A stretch of 64,000 nt of DNA from Verrucomicrobiota bacterium. GTDB taxonomy: Bacteria; Verrucomicrobiota; Verrucomicrobiia; Opitutales; Opitutaceae. Below are positions 9,377 through 19,607 of the stretch, in pieces. The position numbers and the translations under genes are program-made. The stretch lies in contig VHCY01000001.1 of the NCBI GenBank assembly GCA_016871595.1, forward strand, positions 6,870 through 70,869, read 5' to 3'. The notes under the pieces are model-generated. The model was given only the letters and a program-made list of their open reading frames with translations. It was not told the DNA's origin and did not search any database. The first letter of the stretch is position 1, and each line of letters opens with the position of its first letter.

Positions 9377-11772
9377 ACTCGCGCGCCCGCCAGCAGCCCG
9401 CGCAGGTCCGCCAGGCTGAGCTTGGCGGCCGCCGCGTCGCTCGCCTCGAACACTTCCGCGAGCAGGGTTCGCTTCTCGTCCTGCAGCGCCAGCACCCGCT
9501 CCTCGACGGTGCCGGTTGCGATCAGCTTGTAGCTGGTCACCGTCCGCGTCTGCCCGATGCGGTGCGCGCGATCGGTCGCCTGCGCCTCCGCCGCCGGGTT
9601 CCACCACGGGTCCAGGTGCACCACGGTGTCCGCGCCCGTCAGGTTCAGGCCGGTGCCGCCCGCCTTCAGGGAAAGCAGGAACACCGGCACGCCCGGCCCG
9701 GACTGGAAGCGGTCCACCTCCGCTTGCCGCTGCGGCGGGGACATCGTGCCATCCAGCCGGCACCACGGAATGCCCTGCGCCTCCAACTCCTGGCCGACGA
9801 GGTCCAGCAGGCGCGTAAACTGGGAGAAGACCAGCAACCGGTGCCCGTCATCCACGGCCTCCGCGAGGAGCTCGCGAAAGGCTTCCAGCTTGGCAGAAAC
9901 CGTCGCGCCCGGCTCCTCGGGCAGATTGGCCACCAGCCGCGGATCGCAGCAGATCTGCCGCAGGCGCAGCAGCTGGGTGAGGGCCGCGAGGCGCAGCCGG
10001 GATTCGCCCGCACCGGAGGCGGCCAGGTCGATCAGTTCCCGTTCGCTCTCCTGCTCGACGCGGCGGTACAGGGCCGCCTGCGCCGGGCTCAACTCGACCC
10101 ACAGGACCTGCTCGAGGCGCGGCGGCAGCTCCGGCGCCACCGCCCGCTTGGTTCGCCGCAGCAGGTAGGGCGCCGCCTGCCGGCGCAACCGTTCGTCGTG
10201 CCATTCCCGCTCCTCGGCGCTCAGGCCGGCGGGGAGCCGCGGCAGGTAGCCGGGCAGCAGGAATTCGAGCAGGGAACGCAGGTCCGCGAGGGAGTTCTCC
10301 AGCGGCGTGCCGGTCAGGAGGAACCGCGTCCGCGCCCGCAGGGCCCGCAGCGCCGCCGCGCTCTGCGAACGCCGGTTCTTGATGTGCTGGGCTTCATCGG
10401 CCACGACCGCCGTGAATTCCACCGCGGTGAAGAGCTCCTGGTCACGGGCGAGGGTGCCGTAGCTCGTGATCAGGAGGTCCGCGCGCGCCAGATCGGCCGC
10501 GCGCGTCAGCCGACTGGCGCCGTGATGCACCTCCACGCGCAATTGGGGCGTGAAGCGGGCGGCCTCGCGGCGCCAGTTCTCGAGCAGCGAGGCGGGGCAC
10601 ACCACCAGGGTGGTGCCGACCGTTCCGTGCGCCGGCTGGTGGACCGCCGCCAGCAACGCGAGTGCCTGCAGGGTTTTCCCGAGGCCCATCTCGTCCGCGA
10701 GGATCCCGCCCAGGCCGTTCCGGTGCAGATGCCACAGCCACGCCACGCCCAGGCGTTGGTAAGGCCGCAGCAGGGCGTCGAGGGCGGCCGGGACCGGCGC
10801 CGCCTCCAAGGCGGACAAGCGTTCAACCGCCCCGGTCAGACGCTGCCAGTCCGCCGGCGGCCGGAAGCCGGGGGCCAGATCCTCCAACAACTCCGCGACC
10901 TCGGCCACGCGGCTGCGCGGTACCCGCTGGCGCGCCACGGGGGCCATCGCCACCCGGGGATCGCCCGCGAGGGCCTGCTGCGCCTGGGCGAGACGCCCCG
11001 TGAGCTCCGGGTCGATCAGCAGCACGCGTCCCTTGGACTCCAGGTAGCCGCGGCCGGCCGCGAGGGCGGCCCGGAGTTCGGCCTCCGAGGCGCCCTCCGC
11101 GGCGAGTCCCAGTTCAACGCTGAATTGTCCGCCGGTCGTCTCCACCTGCGCGGCGAGTCGCGCGGGCACGAGATGCGCGGTCTGCCGCGTGAAGGCCGGG
11201 GTGAAGCGGGCGGCCAGCACCCCCCTGAGCCGCTCGCCGTGGCGCGCCAAGAAGGAGAGCGTCCGGTGCCGGTCGCGCAGCCACCAACGCCCGTTCGAGG
11301 GCTCCAGCAAGAACCCCGCATCCTTCACCAGCGCTAAGGCCTCCGCATACTGCGGATGTTCCCGCGAGGGCAGGCTCAATGCTAGGTAGTGCTCGGTGCC
11401 GTCCACCTCCAGGGGCCGATCCTCTGCCCCCGCCTTGGCGCGCAGGTTCCGCCCGATCGGCGCCGCGGCCACGGGCACCGACGGCTCCCGTAGGAGATCA
11501 TCGTGCCGCCACGTCACCGCGGTGCCACCCTCCACGAAGACACATTGTCCGGACGCCGCCCGGCTCAATTCGCCCAGTTGCCGGCGGTTCAACTGCAGCA
11601 CCCCCGGTGCCTGCGGACCGCACCAGCGTTGTAACAGGACCAGCACCGGGAGCAGTTCCGCCGGCGGCGCCGCGCTCAGATCGAGCTCCACCCGCACGGC
11701 GACCGCGTCCCGTGCGGCCGCGGCGAGGAGGTTGGGCGGCAGGTGGATCCGGAGCACCGCGCCAGCCAGCAA
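9373..11772 (-). CDS. SNF2-family DEAD/DEAH-box helicase-like ATPase
   Basis: LRPYQ, LADEMGLGKT, DEAQHIKN, LTGTPLEN, SLKAGGTGLNL, WWNPA..QATDRAHRIGQ; start uncertain. Confidence 0.92.
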   Translation of the reverse strand: MLAGAVLRIHLPPNLLAAAARDAVAVRVELDLSAAPPAELLPVLVLLQRWCGPQAPGVLQLNRRQLGELSRAASGQCVFVEGGTAVTWRHDDLLREPSVPVAAAPIGRNLRAKAGAEDRPLEVDGTEHYLALSLPSREHPQYAEALALVKDAGFLLEPSNGRWWLRDRHRTLSFLARHGERLRGVLAARFTPAFTRQTAHLVPARLAAQVETTGGQFSVELGLAAEGASEAELRAALAAGRGYLESKGRVLLIDPELTGRLAQAQQALAGDPRVAMAPVARQRVPRSRVAEVAELLEDLAPGFRPPADWQRLTGAVERLSALEAAPVPAALDALLRPYQRLGVAWLWHLHRNGLGGILADEMGLGKTLQALALLAAVHQPAHGTVGTTLVVCPASLLENWRREAARFTPQLRVEVHHGASRLTRAADLARADLLITSYGTLARDQELFTAVEFTAVVADEAQHIKNRRSQSAAALRALRARTRFLLTGTPLENSLADLRSLLEFLLPGYLPRLPAGLSAEEREWHDERLRRQAAPYLLRRTKRAVAPELPPRLEQVLWVELSPAQAALYRRVEQESERELIDLAASGAGESRLRLAALTQLLRLRQICCDPRLVANLPEEPGATVSAKLEAFRELLAEAVDDGHRLLVFSQFTRLLDLVGQELEAQGIPWCRLDGTMSPPQRQAEVDRFQSGPGVPVFLLSLKAGGTGLNLTGADTVVHLDPWWNPAAEAQATDRAHRIGQTRTVTSYKLIATGTVEERVLALQDEKRTLLAEVFEASDAAAAKLSLADLRGLLAGARV

Positions 11773-11903
11773 GCGGCCGGAGCACGCCGCAAGAGCTTAC
11801 TGGTTGGGCGACCCGTGCCGTGGGGAAAGTTCCCCGCCGAGCAGCACGAAAACTTATTAACAAAATGAACCCAAGTGCTGACCAGTGCGTCTCAGGGTGC
11901 GGT

Positions 11904-12410
11904 ATGCCCAAACTCCCACCCAGTCCTGCGCGCGCCCTTCTCCGGACCGGCCTGCGCCTCTTTGTCCTCTCGGTGGTCGCCGAGTCCGTGGAGGCTTCCC
12001 CGGAACGCGCCGCCACCCTCGAGGCGATCCGCTTGATCGAGAATCCCCGCAACGTCTCCCGCCCGGGTCCCGGCGGCGAACTCGGTCCCTGGCAGTTCAA
12101 GGCCGAGACGTGGCGGATGCACTCAACCCGTCCCTTTGCGGACGCACTCGACCGCAAGGAGGCATTCCGCGTCGCCTGCCAGCACTACGATTGGATCTGC
12201 CGGGGACTGGCCAAAGCGAAGAAGCCTCAGGACGCTTACCACGTGGCCCTCGCTTGGAACAGCGGCCTCTACGCCGTGCTCAGGGGCCAATCCCCCGGGC
12301 GGGCACACCGCTACGCCGAACGGGCCGCCAACCTCGCGGAAACGCTCCGCCACGGTCCGCTGGTCGCCGCGCACGACCCCTCCCCACCGGCCCTGGCCCG
12401 AGTGCCCTGA
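11904..12410 (+). CDS. Secreted lysozyme-like/lytic transglycosylase-fold protein
   Basis: Signal-like N-terminus, LEAIRLIEN (candidate catalytic Glu), GELGPWQF, ALAWNSG resembling SLT GLMQ and AYNAG motifs. Confidence 0.6.
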   Translation: MPKLPPSPARALLRTGLRLFVLSVVAESVEASPERAATLEAIRLIENPRNVSRPGPGGELGPWQFKAETWRMHSTRPFADALDRKEAFRVACQHYDWICRGLAKAKKPQDAYHVALAWNSGLYAVLRGQSPGRAHRYAERAANLAETLRHGPLVAAHDPSPPALARVP

Positions 12411-12460
12411 CCGCCGGTGCACCCGGTGCGATGGAACCAACCTTCGCGCCGGGTCCCTCG

Positions 12461-13918
12461 TCAGGCGAAGAGCTTGTGGTTCACCTTGCCGTGGACGTCC
12501 GTCAGCCGGAAGTCCCGGCCCTGAAACCGGAAGGTGAGCTTGGTGTGATCGAGGCCCAGCAGGTGCAGGAGGGTGGCGTGGATATCGTGCACGTGCATCG
12601 GGTCTCGCACCGCGTTGAAGCCGAGCTCATCGGTCTCGCCGATCACCTCGCCCGCCTTCATCCCGCCGCCGGCGAACCACATCGTGAACGCATCGATGTG
12701 GTGGTTGCGCCCGGTGGTGTCGCGGTTCTCGCCCATCGGGGTGCGGCCGAACTCCCCGCCCCAGATGACCAGGGTGTCCTTCAGGAGCCCGCGCTCTTTC
12801 AGGTCCTGCACGAGGGCGGCCTGGCCTTGGTCCACCTCGCGGCAGACCTTCTCGAAGTCCGCCTGCAGGTTCTCCCCGGGCCCGCCGTGGCTGTCCCAAT
12901 TGGTGTGGTACAGCTGCACGAAACGCACGCCCCGCTCGACGAGCCGCCGCGCGAGGAGGCAGTTCCGGGCGAAGGAAGGACGCTGGTCCTCGATGCCGTA
13001 GCGCTTCATCGTGGCCGCGCTTTCGGACTTGAGGTCGATGAGGTCCGGCGCGCTGGACTGCATCCGCGACGCCATCTCGTAGGCGGCGATGCGGGTGGCG
13101 ATCTCCGGGTCGCCGGTGGCGACGGCGCGCTGCAGGTTCAGGTCCCGCAGCGCATCCAGCGCGTCCCGCTGACCGTCCGCGGTGACCGCCGCGGGCCGGG
13201 TCAGGTTGAGGATCGGTTCCCCGGTGCCGCGGAAGGGCACGCCTTGGTAGGTCGTGGGCAGGAAGCCTGAGCCCCAGTTGACGGCGCCGCCGCGGGGGCC
13301 GCGGGGACCGGACTGGAGGACCACGAAGCCGGGAAGATCCTGGCATTCGCTGCCGAGGCCGTAGTTCAGCCAGGAGCCGAAACTGGGGCGCCCGAACTGG
13401 CCGGACCCCGTGTTCATAAAGAGCTTCGCGGGGGCGTGGTTGAAGAGGGTGGCCTGGCACGACTTTACCATCGTGAGGTCATCGACGATGCGTGCCGTGT
13501 GCGGGAAGAGCTCGGAGACCCACATCCCGCTGCGGCCGTGCCGCGCGAACTGGCGGCGGGTGCCCATCAGCCGCGTCCCGTGGCTGGAGTCCATAAAGGC
13601 GAAGCGTTTGCCCTCGATGAACGAGGCCGGGATGGGCTGGCCGTTCAGCTCGACCAGCTTGGGCTTGTGGTCAAAGAGCTCCAGCTGGCTGGGCCCTCCG
13701 GCCATAAACAGGTAGATGATGTTTTTCGCCCGCGCGGGGAAGTGGGTCGGCTTCGGGGCCAGGGGGCCCGAGGGCGCCGCGGAAGCCCCGCGCGCCTGGT
13801 TGAGCATCGAGGCGAGGGCGATGCCGCCGAGCCCGACCGCGCAGCGGCTGAGGAAGTGGCGGCGGGTGCGGGCGGCGAGGAAGTCCGGCCAGGTCGGGGG
13901 AGGGAGGGTCGGATTCAT
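12461..13918 (-). CDS. DUF1501 domain protein (Tat-exported)
   Basis: TRRHFL twin-Arg, IYLFMAGGPSQLELFD, CLLARRLVERGVRFVQL, GGEFGRTP, FRLTDVHG. Confidence 0.92.
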   Translation of the reverse strand: MNPTLPPPTWPDFLAARTRRHFLSRCAVGLGGIALASMLNQARGASAAPSGPLAPKPTHFPARAKNIIYLFMAGGPSQLELFDHKPKLVELNGQPIPASFIEGKRFAFMDSSHGTRLMGTRRQFARHGRSGMWVSELFPHTARIVDDLTMVKSCQATLFNHAPAKLFMNTGSGQFGRPSFGSWLNYGLGSECQDLPGFVVLQSGPRGPRGGAVNWGSGFLPTTYQGVPFRGTGEPILNLTRPAAVTADGQRDALDALRDLNLQRAVATGDPEIATRIAAYEMASRMQSSAPDLIDLKSESAATMKRYGIEDQRPSFARNCLLARRLVERGVRFVQLYHTNWDSHGGPGENLQADFEKVCREVDQGQAALVQDLKERGLLKDTLVIWGGEFGRTPMGENRDTTGRNHHIDAFTMWFAGGGMKAGEVIGETDELGFNAVRDPMHVHDIHATLLHLLGLDHTKLTFRFQGRDFRLTDVHGKVNHKLFA

Positions 13919-16380
13919 TCGCGGGTGATGGTCTCGTCGAGGTTCAGGAGCACGCGGGCCACGGCGATCCAGGCCGCGCGTTGGCGGGCGGCGGGTTCCC
14001 CGGTCTCGGCGGCCAGGCGCCGGGCGTGGAGGTCCGCGAGGCGGTCGCGTTCGGTCGCGCTTGGCAGCCGGGCCGTGCTCAGGCGGAAGGCGTGGGCCAG
14101 TTGCTCCGCCAAGGAGGCGTGGGCCCGCTCCCGGAGCACGCGGTCGGCGAGGCCCTCCGCAAACTCGTAGAACTGCTGGTCATTGAGCAGGGTCAGGGCC
14201 TGCAGCGGGGTGTTGGAACGCAGCCGCCGGGTGCAGCTGCTGAAGCCATCGGCGGCATCAAACACGGCCAGCGCCGGGTGCGGCGTCGCCCGCCAGAAAT
14301 GGGTGTACAGCCCGCGGCGGTAGCGGTCCTCGCCCGTGCTCGCCTTCCACTCGCGCTTGACCTGGCCCAGGCTCATCACGCCGTCCGGCTGCGGCGGGTA
14401 GACCGGGGGACCGCCCAGCCGCGGCACCAGCAGGCCGCTGGCGGTGAGGGCGGCGTCCCGCACCAGCTCGGCATCGAGCCGCAGCCGCTGCTGGCGGGCC
14501 AGCAGCCGGTTCAGCGGATCGACGAGGGCGAGGTCCTCGCGGGCGTGGGACGCCTGCCGGTAGGTGGCCGACGTGACGATGAGGCGATGGAGGGCCTTGA
14601 GACTCCAGCCGCGGGCGGTGAACTCGGTCGCCAGCCAGTCGAGCAGCTCCGGGTGCGAGGGCGGCAGGCCCTGCGAGCCGAAATCGTTCTCCGTCTCCAC
14701 CAGGCCCAGGCCGAAGTACTGTTGCCAGACGCGGTTGACCATCACCCGCGCGGTCAGGGGATGGTTCGGGTCGGCCGTCCACCGGGCAAGGTCCAGCCGG
14801 TTCGGCCGCGGTCCGGCGCTGCGCAGGGGCGGCAAGATGGCCGGCGTGCCGGGCTCCACCCGCTCCCCGAGGCGCGTGAAGTCGCCCTGCACTAACCGGT
14901 GGCTCGGGCGCGGCTCCGGCAACTCCTCCATCACCAGCGTCGTGATCGCCCCGGCCACCGGACGCTGCAGTTCGGTCAGCTGGCCGGACAAGGCCTTGAA
15001 CTCGGCATCCGCGGGGCGGGCGAGGGGGTAGACGCTGCGGCGTTGGGCGAAGGATTGTTTTTCCCAGGGCACGTCGAGGGCGGCCCGCAGGCTCGCCGAG
15101 CGCTGGGCGGCCCGTTTCTCCGCGGGCAGCGCCTGCCGCCAGGCCTCGAGGGCCGTGGCGTGGGTGGTGAACAACGCTTCCAGCTTCTCCTGCACCTCGG
15201 CGACCCGCGCCTCCAGGCCCTCGTCGACCTTGCCGTCCGGCCCGAGGGTGAGGATGCCGGTCGAGCGGGAGCGGCGGCCACCGTGGCCGTCATCCACGCT
15301 GCTGTTGAAGAACGCGAACAGCTGGTAGTACTCCCGGTGGGAAATCGGATCAAACTTGTGATCGTGGCACTGGGCGCACGAGATCGTCAGGCCGAGGAAG
15401 GCGGTCCCGTAGGTGTTCACGCGGTCGAGCACGGACTCGATGCGGAACTGCTCCGGATCGATGCCCCCTTCCTGGTTGATCTGGGTATTGCGGTTGAAGC
15501 CGGTCGCGATCCGCTGCTCCACCGTGGCCTTCGGCAATAGGTCGCCGGCCAGTTGCTCGATGATGAACTGGTCGTAGGGCAGGTCGCGGTTCAGGGCGGA
15601 CACGACCCAATCGCGGTATTTCCAGATCTGCCGGGGGGCATCGATGCTGTAGCCGTTCGAGTCCCCGTAACGGGCCGCGTCGAGCCAGGGCCGGGCCCAG
15701 CGCTCGCCGTGGTGCGGGGAGGCGAGCAGGCGGTCGACGGCCCGTTCCCAGGCGCCCGGAGCCTCGTCCGCGAGGAAGGTGTCCAGCTCCGCCGGCGTCG
15801 GCGGCAGCCCGGTGAGGTCCAGGGCGGCGCGGCGCAGCAAAGTCACGCGGTCCGCCTCCGGGGCGGGAGCCACCTTCACCGCGGCGAGGCGCTGCAGGAT
15901 GAACGCGTCGATGGGGTTGCCGGACCAGGCCGCAGGGGCTCCGGGGACGACCGGGACAGGCGGCCGCGAGGGGGCACGGTAGGCCCAGTGCTCGAAGCGG
16001 CCGGGTTCCTCCTGCTCCGGGGCGGGTGCGCCTGCCTCGACCCACGCCTTGAGCACCGCGATTTCCGCCGCGCCCAGCGGGGGCTTCTTGTAGGGCATCG
16101 CCGGAATATCCGCGTGGGTATTGAGGATCACGGCCACCAGGTGACTCTCCCGACCGCCCGGCGTGCGGACGACGGATCCGCTGGCCCCGCCGAGCCGCGC
16201 ATTCGCCGCGGTGTCGAGCCGGAGGCCGGCCTCCTCCTTGGCCGTGCCGTGGCACCGGACGCAGTGCTGCGTGAGGATGGGCTTCACCTCGCGCACGTAG
16301 TCGGGCGCGGCCGGGGCGGGCAGGGCGGAGGCGACCGCGGCCAGCGGCAGAAGCACACGGAGGGGCAGGGGACGACGCAT
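13915..16380 (-). CDS. Planctomycete cytochrome c / DUF1549 / DUF1553 (PSD1) protein
   Basis: Signal peptide, CVRCH and CAQCHDHKFDP haem motifs, HGERWARPWLDAARY, ARVMVNRVWQQYFG, HPELLDWLA, LLNLDETITRE. Confidence 0.92.
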   Translation of the reverse strand: MRRPLPLRVLLPLAAVASALPAPAAPDYVREVKPILTQHCVRCHGTAKEEAGLRLDTAANARLGGASGSVVRTPGGRESHLVAVILNTHADIPAMPYKKPPLGAAEIAVLKAWVEAGAPAPEQEEPGRFEHWAYRAPSRPPVPVVPGAPAAWSGNPIDAFILQRLAAVKVAPAPEADRVTLLRRAALDLTGLPPTPAELDTFLADEAPGAWERAVDRLLASPHHGERWARPWLDAARYGDSNGYSIDAPRQIWKYRDWVVSALNRDLPYDQFIIEQLAGDLLPKATVEQRIATGFNRNTQINQEGGIDPEQFRIESVLDRVNTYGTAFLGLTISCAQCHDHKFDPISHREYYQLFAFFNSSVDDGHGGRRSRSTGILTLGPDGKVDEGLEARVAEVQEKLEALFTTHATALEAWRQALPAEKRAAQRSASLRAALDVPWEKQSFAQRRSVYPLARPADAEFKALSGQLTELQRPVAGAITTLVMEELPEPRPSHRLVQGDFTRLGERVEPGTPAILPPLRSAGPRPNRLDLARWTADPNHPLTARVMVNRVWQQYFGLGLVETENDFGSQGLPPSHPELLDWLATEFTARGWSLKALHRLIVTSATYRQASHAREDLALVDPLNRLLARQQRLRLDAELVRDAALTASGLLVPRLGGPPVYPPQPDGVMSLGQVKREWKASTGEDRYRRGLYTHFWRATPHPALAVFDAADGFSSCTRRLRSNTPLQALTLLNDQQFYEFAEGLADRVLRERAHASLAEQLAHAFRLSTARLPSATERDRLADLHARRLAAETGEPAARQRAAWIAVARVLLNLDETITRE

Positions 16381-16453
16381 CGCTCAGGTCAACTTGGGTC
16401 GCGTTCGCCGCCTTGGCAACCTGCGGGTGCAGCGATGGAAAACGCGCCCGCCG

Positions 16454-17806
16454 CTAGAAGCGTCCGGGCATTCCGGGGCCGCCGCGGCCGCGCATCGCCT
16501 CCATCTGGCGCATCAACTTCTTCCCGCCGCCGCCCTTCATCATTCTCATCATCTGCTGCATCTGCTGGAACTGCTTCAGCAGTTGGTTCACCTCGACGAT
16601 CTTCACGCCCGCGCCGTCGGCGATGCGCTTGCGGCGGCTGCCGTTGAGGATCTCCGGCTTCCGGCGCTCCTGCTTGGTCATCGACTTGATGATCGCCTCG
16701 GTCCGCGCCATCTGGCGGTCCGCGCCCTCCGGCAGCTGCATCCCGTTCATTCCCGGGATCATCCCCATAATGCTCTGCATCGAGCCCATCTTTTTCACCT
16801 GCTGCATCTGCGCGAGGAAGTCCTCCAGGTTGAAATCCGCCTGCCGGAGCTTCTCGGCCATCCGCTCCGCCTCCTTCTGGTCGATGTTCTCCTGCGCCTT
16901 CTCGACGAGCGAGACCACGTCGCCCATCCCGAGGATCCGCGCTGCCAGCCGGTCCGGATGGAACGCCTCGAAGTCCTCTGCCTTCTCGCCGGTGCCGATG
17001 AACTTGATCGGCACGCCGGTCACGGCCTTGATGGAGAGGGCGGCGCCGCCCCGGGTGTCACCATCGAGCTTGGTCAGGACCAGCCCCGTCAGCTTCAGCG
17101 CGTCGTGGAACGCCTGCGCGACGTTGACCGCCTCCTGGCCGAGGGCGCCGTCCGCCACCAGCAGCACCTCGTCCGGCTGCACACGCTCCCGCAGGCGGCG
17201 GACCTCCTCGATGAGGTCCGCATCGATCTGGAGGCGCCCCGCGGTGTCGAACAGGATGCAGTCCGCCCCCGCCGCGCGGGCCGCGTCCAGCCCGGCGGTG
17301 CCGATGGCCGGCACGTCGCGGGACTGGCGGTCCGCGTAGAAGCCCAGTTCCTCCTGCCGGGCGAGGATCTCCAGCTGGTCGATCGCGGCCGGGCGGTAGA
17401 TGTCGGCGCCGATGACGAACGGCTTGCTCCCGCGCCGCCGCAGCAGGCGGCCGAGCTTGGCCGTGGAGGTGGTCTTGCCGGAGCCGTGGAGGCCGACCAG
17501 CAGCACCTTCAGGGGCCGGGTGGCGGAGAGACCGGTGGCACCTTCGCCGAGCAGGCGCACCAGCTCGTCGTGGATGACCTTGACCACCTGCTGGCCCGGG
17601 GCGACGCCCTTCAGGACCTCCTGGCCCACGCATTGGAGCTGGACGCGGTCGATGAAGTCCCGGACCACCCGGAAGTGCACGTCGGCCGAAAGCAGGGCGG
17701 TGCGCACCTCCTGCAGGGCGGCGGCCATGTTTTCCTCGGTCAGCTTGCCCGCGCCGCGGAGGTTGCGCAGCGCGCCGGTGAGTTTCTCGGTGAGGGATGC
17801 GAACAT
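16454..17806 (-). CDS. ffh: Signal recognition particle protein Ffh
   Basis: [39 protein letters not shown], Met-rich M domain with [11 protein letters not shown]. Confidence 0.97.
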   Translation of the reverse strand: MFASLTEKLTGALRNLRGAGKLTEENMAAALQEVRTALLSADVHFRVVRDFIDRVQLQCVGQEVLKGVAPGQQVVKVIHDELVRLLGEGATGLSATRPLKVLLVGLHGSGKTTSTAKLGRLLRRRGSKPFVIGADIYRPAAIDQLEILARQEELGFYADRQSRDVPAIGTAGLDAARAAGADCILFDTAGRLQIDADLIEEVRRLRERVQPDEVLLVADGALGQEAVNVAQAFHDALKLTGLVLTKLDGDTRGGAALSIKAVTGVPIKFIGTGEKAEDFEAFHPDRLAARILGMGDVVSLVEKAQENIDQKEAERMAEKLRQADFNLEDFLAQMQQVKKMGSMQSIMGMIPGMNGMQLPEGADRQMARTEAIIKSMTKQERRKPEILNGSRRKRIADGAGVKIVEVNQLLKQFQQMQQMMRMMKGGGGKKLMRQMEAMRGRGGPGMPGRF

Positions 17807-17915
17807 CGGGAGGCGATAGCTGGGGCGATTTCGGGCGCGTTGCAATCCGGCGCTCGCGCGCGGGGCAACTTCGTCCTCGTCAAGGCCCGGGTGATGGCCG
17901 ATAACCGCCGGTCCT

Positions 17916-18404
17916 ATGAATCCAGTGCTCAAGCTCCTGATCGACGGCGGCAGCCTCACCACCGGCCAACTGGCCCAGGTGGCCGGGCTGACCGAGGCGG
18001 AGGTGAACCAGCACCTGGAGCAGCTGCGCCGGGAAGGGATTTTCCTCGGCTGGCGCCCGGTGCTCGACCTTTCCCGCGAGGCCGCCGCCGCCCTGGCCGT
18101 GCGCGCCGTGATCGAGGTCAAGGTCACCCCGGAGCGGGGCGGCGGCTTCAACCGGCTCGCCGAGCGGATCGCCCGGTTCGACGAGGTCGAGTCCTGCTAC
18201 CTGGTCTCGGGCGGCTACGACCTGCTGGTCTTCGTCCGCGGCGCCACCCTCCAGCGGGTCGCCTCCTTCGTGTCCGAGAAGCTCTCCACGATCGAGGGGG
18301 TGCTCTCGACCTCCACCCATTTTATGCTCCGCTGCTACAAGGAACAGGGGTTCCTGCTCGGCACGGATGATTCCCAGACGCAGCGGCTCAACGTCGCGCC
18401 CTGA
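17916..18404 (+). CDS. Lrp/AsnC-family transcriptional regulator (AlaR/YugG-like)
   Basis: N-terminal [19 protein letters not shown] domain, [12 protein letters not shown]; directly upstream of class I aminotransferase. Confidence 0.88.
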   Translation: MNPVLKLLIDGGSLTTGQLAQVAGLTEAEVNQHLEQLRREGIFLGWRPVLDLSREAAAALAVRAVIEVKVTPERGGGFNRLAERIARFDEVESCYLVSGGYDLLVFVRGATLQRVASFVSEKLSTIEGVLSTSTHFMLRCYKEQGFLLGTDDSQTQRLNVAP

Positions 18405-18417
18405 ACGCTCCCCTCCG

Positions 18418-19599
18418 ATGAGCACCGACGCGCAACGTTGGGTGGCCGGCCACATCGCCAGCCTCCCCAAGAGCGGGATACGCGATTTCTTCGAGCTGGT
18501 CGCGAAGATGAAGGGGCAGGACGTGATTTCCCTCGGCGTGGGAGAACCCGACTTTGTCACGCCCTGGCACGTCCGCGAAGCCGCCATTTACGCCCTTGAG
18601 CGGGGCAAGACCTACTACACTTCCAATCTCGGGATGATCGAGCTGCGGCGCGAGATCTCGACGTACGTCGAGCAGCACTTCGGGGTCGCGTACCGGCCCG
18701 AGGACCAGGTGATCGTGACCGTCGGGGTGAGCGAGGCGCTGGACCTCGCCTTCCGCGCCTTCTGCAACCCGGGCGACAAGGTGATGTTCCACCAGCCCTG
18801 CTACGTCAGCTACCACCCGAGCATCTCCCTGGTGCACGGGGCCGGGATCGCGGTGCCGACCTTCGCCCAGGACAACTTCGCCCTGACCGCGGCCGCCCTC
18901 CGCGCGGCGTGGCAGCCCGGCGCCAAGATCCTGATGCTCAATCTCCCCTGCAACCCCACGGGCGGCACCTGCACCCGCGGGCAGCTCGAGGAGATCGCCG
19001 CCTTCTGCCGCGAGAAGGACCTGCTCGTGCTCAGCGACGAAATCTACTCGGAGCTCACCTTCGAGGGCACCCACACCAGCATCGCCAGCCTCCCCGGGAT
19101 GGCCGAGCGCACGATCTTCCTCCACGGCTTCTCCAAGGCCTTCGCGATGACCGGCTGGCGCATCGGCTACGCCTGCGGCCCGGCCCCGCTGATCGACGCG
19201 ATGATGAAGGTCCACCAGTACGCGATGATGTGCGCCTCCATCATCGCTCAGGAAGGCGCCCTCGAGGCCCTCAAGCACGGTTGGGACAACGTGGTCCGGA
19301 TGCGGGAGCAGTACCACCGCCGCCGCGACCTCATCGTCCGCCGTCTCAACGAATCCGGCCTGGCCTGTCACCTGCCGCGCGGGAGCTTCTACGCCTTCCC
19401 GGACATCACCGCCACCGGCCTTTCCGAGAAGGACTTCTCGTTCGGTCTGCTCCAGCAGCACAAGGTGGCCGTGGTTCCCGGACTCGCCTTCGGCGAGAAC
19501 GGCCGCGGGCACGTCCGCGCCTGCTTCGCCACCGCCTACGACCAGGTGATCGAGGCCTGCGATCGCATTGACCGCTTCGTCCAAGGGCTCCGGAAGTGA
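18418..19599 (+). CDS. PLP-dependent aminotransferase class I/II (AlaT/YugH-like)
   Basis: SGIRDFF, GVGEPDF, PCNPTG, SDEIYSEL, GFSKAFAMTGWRIGY (PLP Lys). Confidence 0.93.
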   Translation: MSTDAQRWVAGHIASLPKSGIRDFFELVAKMKGQDVISLGVGEPDFVTPWHVREAAIYALERGKTYYTSNLGMIELRREISTYVEQHFGVAYRPEDQVIVTVGVSEALDLAFRAFCNPGDKVMFHQPCYVSYHPSISLVHGAGIAVPTFAQDNFALTAAALRAAWQPGAKILMLNLPCNPTGGTCTRGQLEEIAAFCREKDLLVLSDEIYSELTFEGTHTSIASLPGMAERTIFLHGFSKAFAMTGWRIGYACGPAPLIDAMMKVHQYAMMCASIIAQEGALEALKHGWDNVVRMREQYHRRRDLIVRRLNESGLACHLPRGSFYAFPDITATGLSEKDFSFGLLQQHKVAVVPGLAFGENGRGHVRACFATAYDQVIEACDRIDRFVQGLRK

Positions 19600-19607
19600 G
19601 CCTCCCG

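Noticed and set aside
9373-11772. SNF2 ATPase plus PIN-PhoH as an anti-phage defence pair
   Set aside because: The genes are convergent, have host-like composition and have no methylase, nuclease or other defence neighbours; both families are common chromosomal genes.
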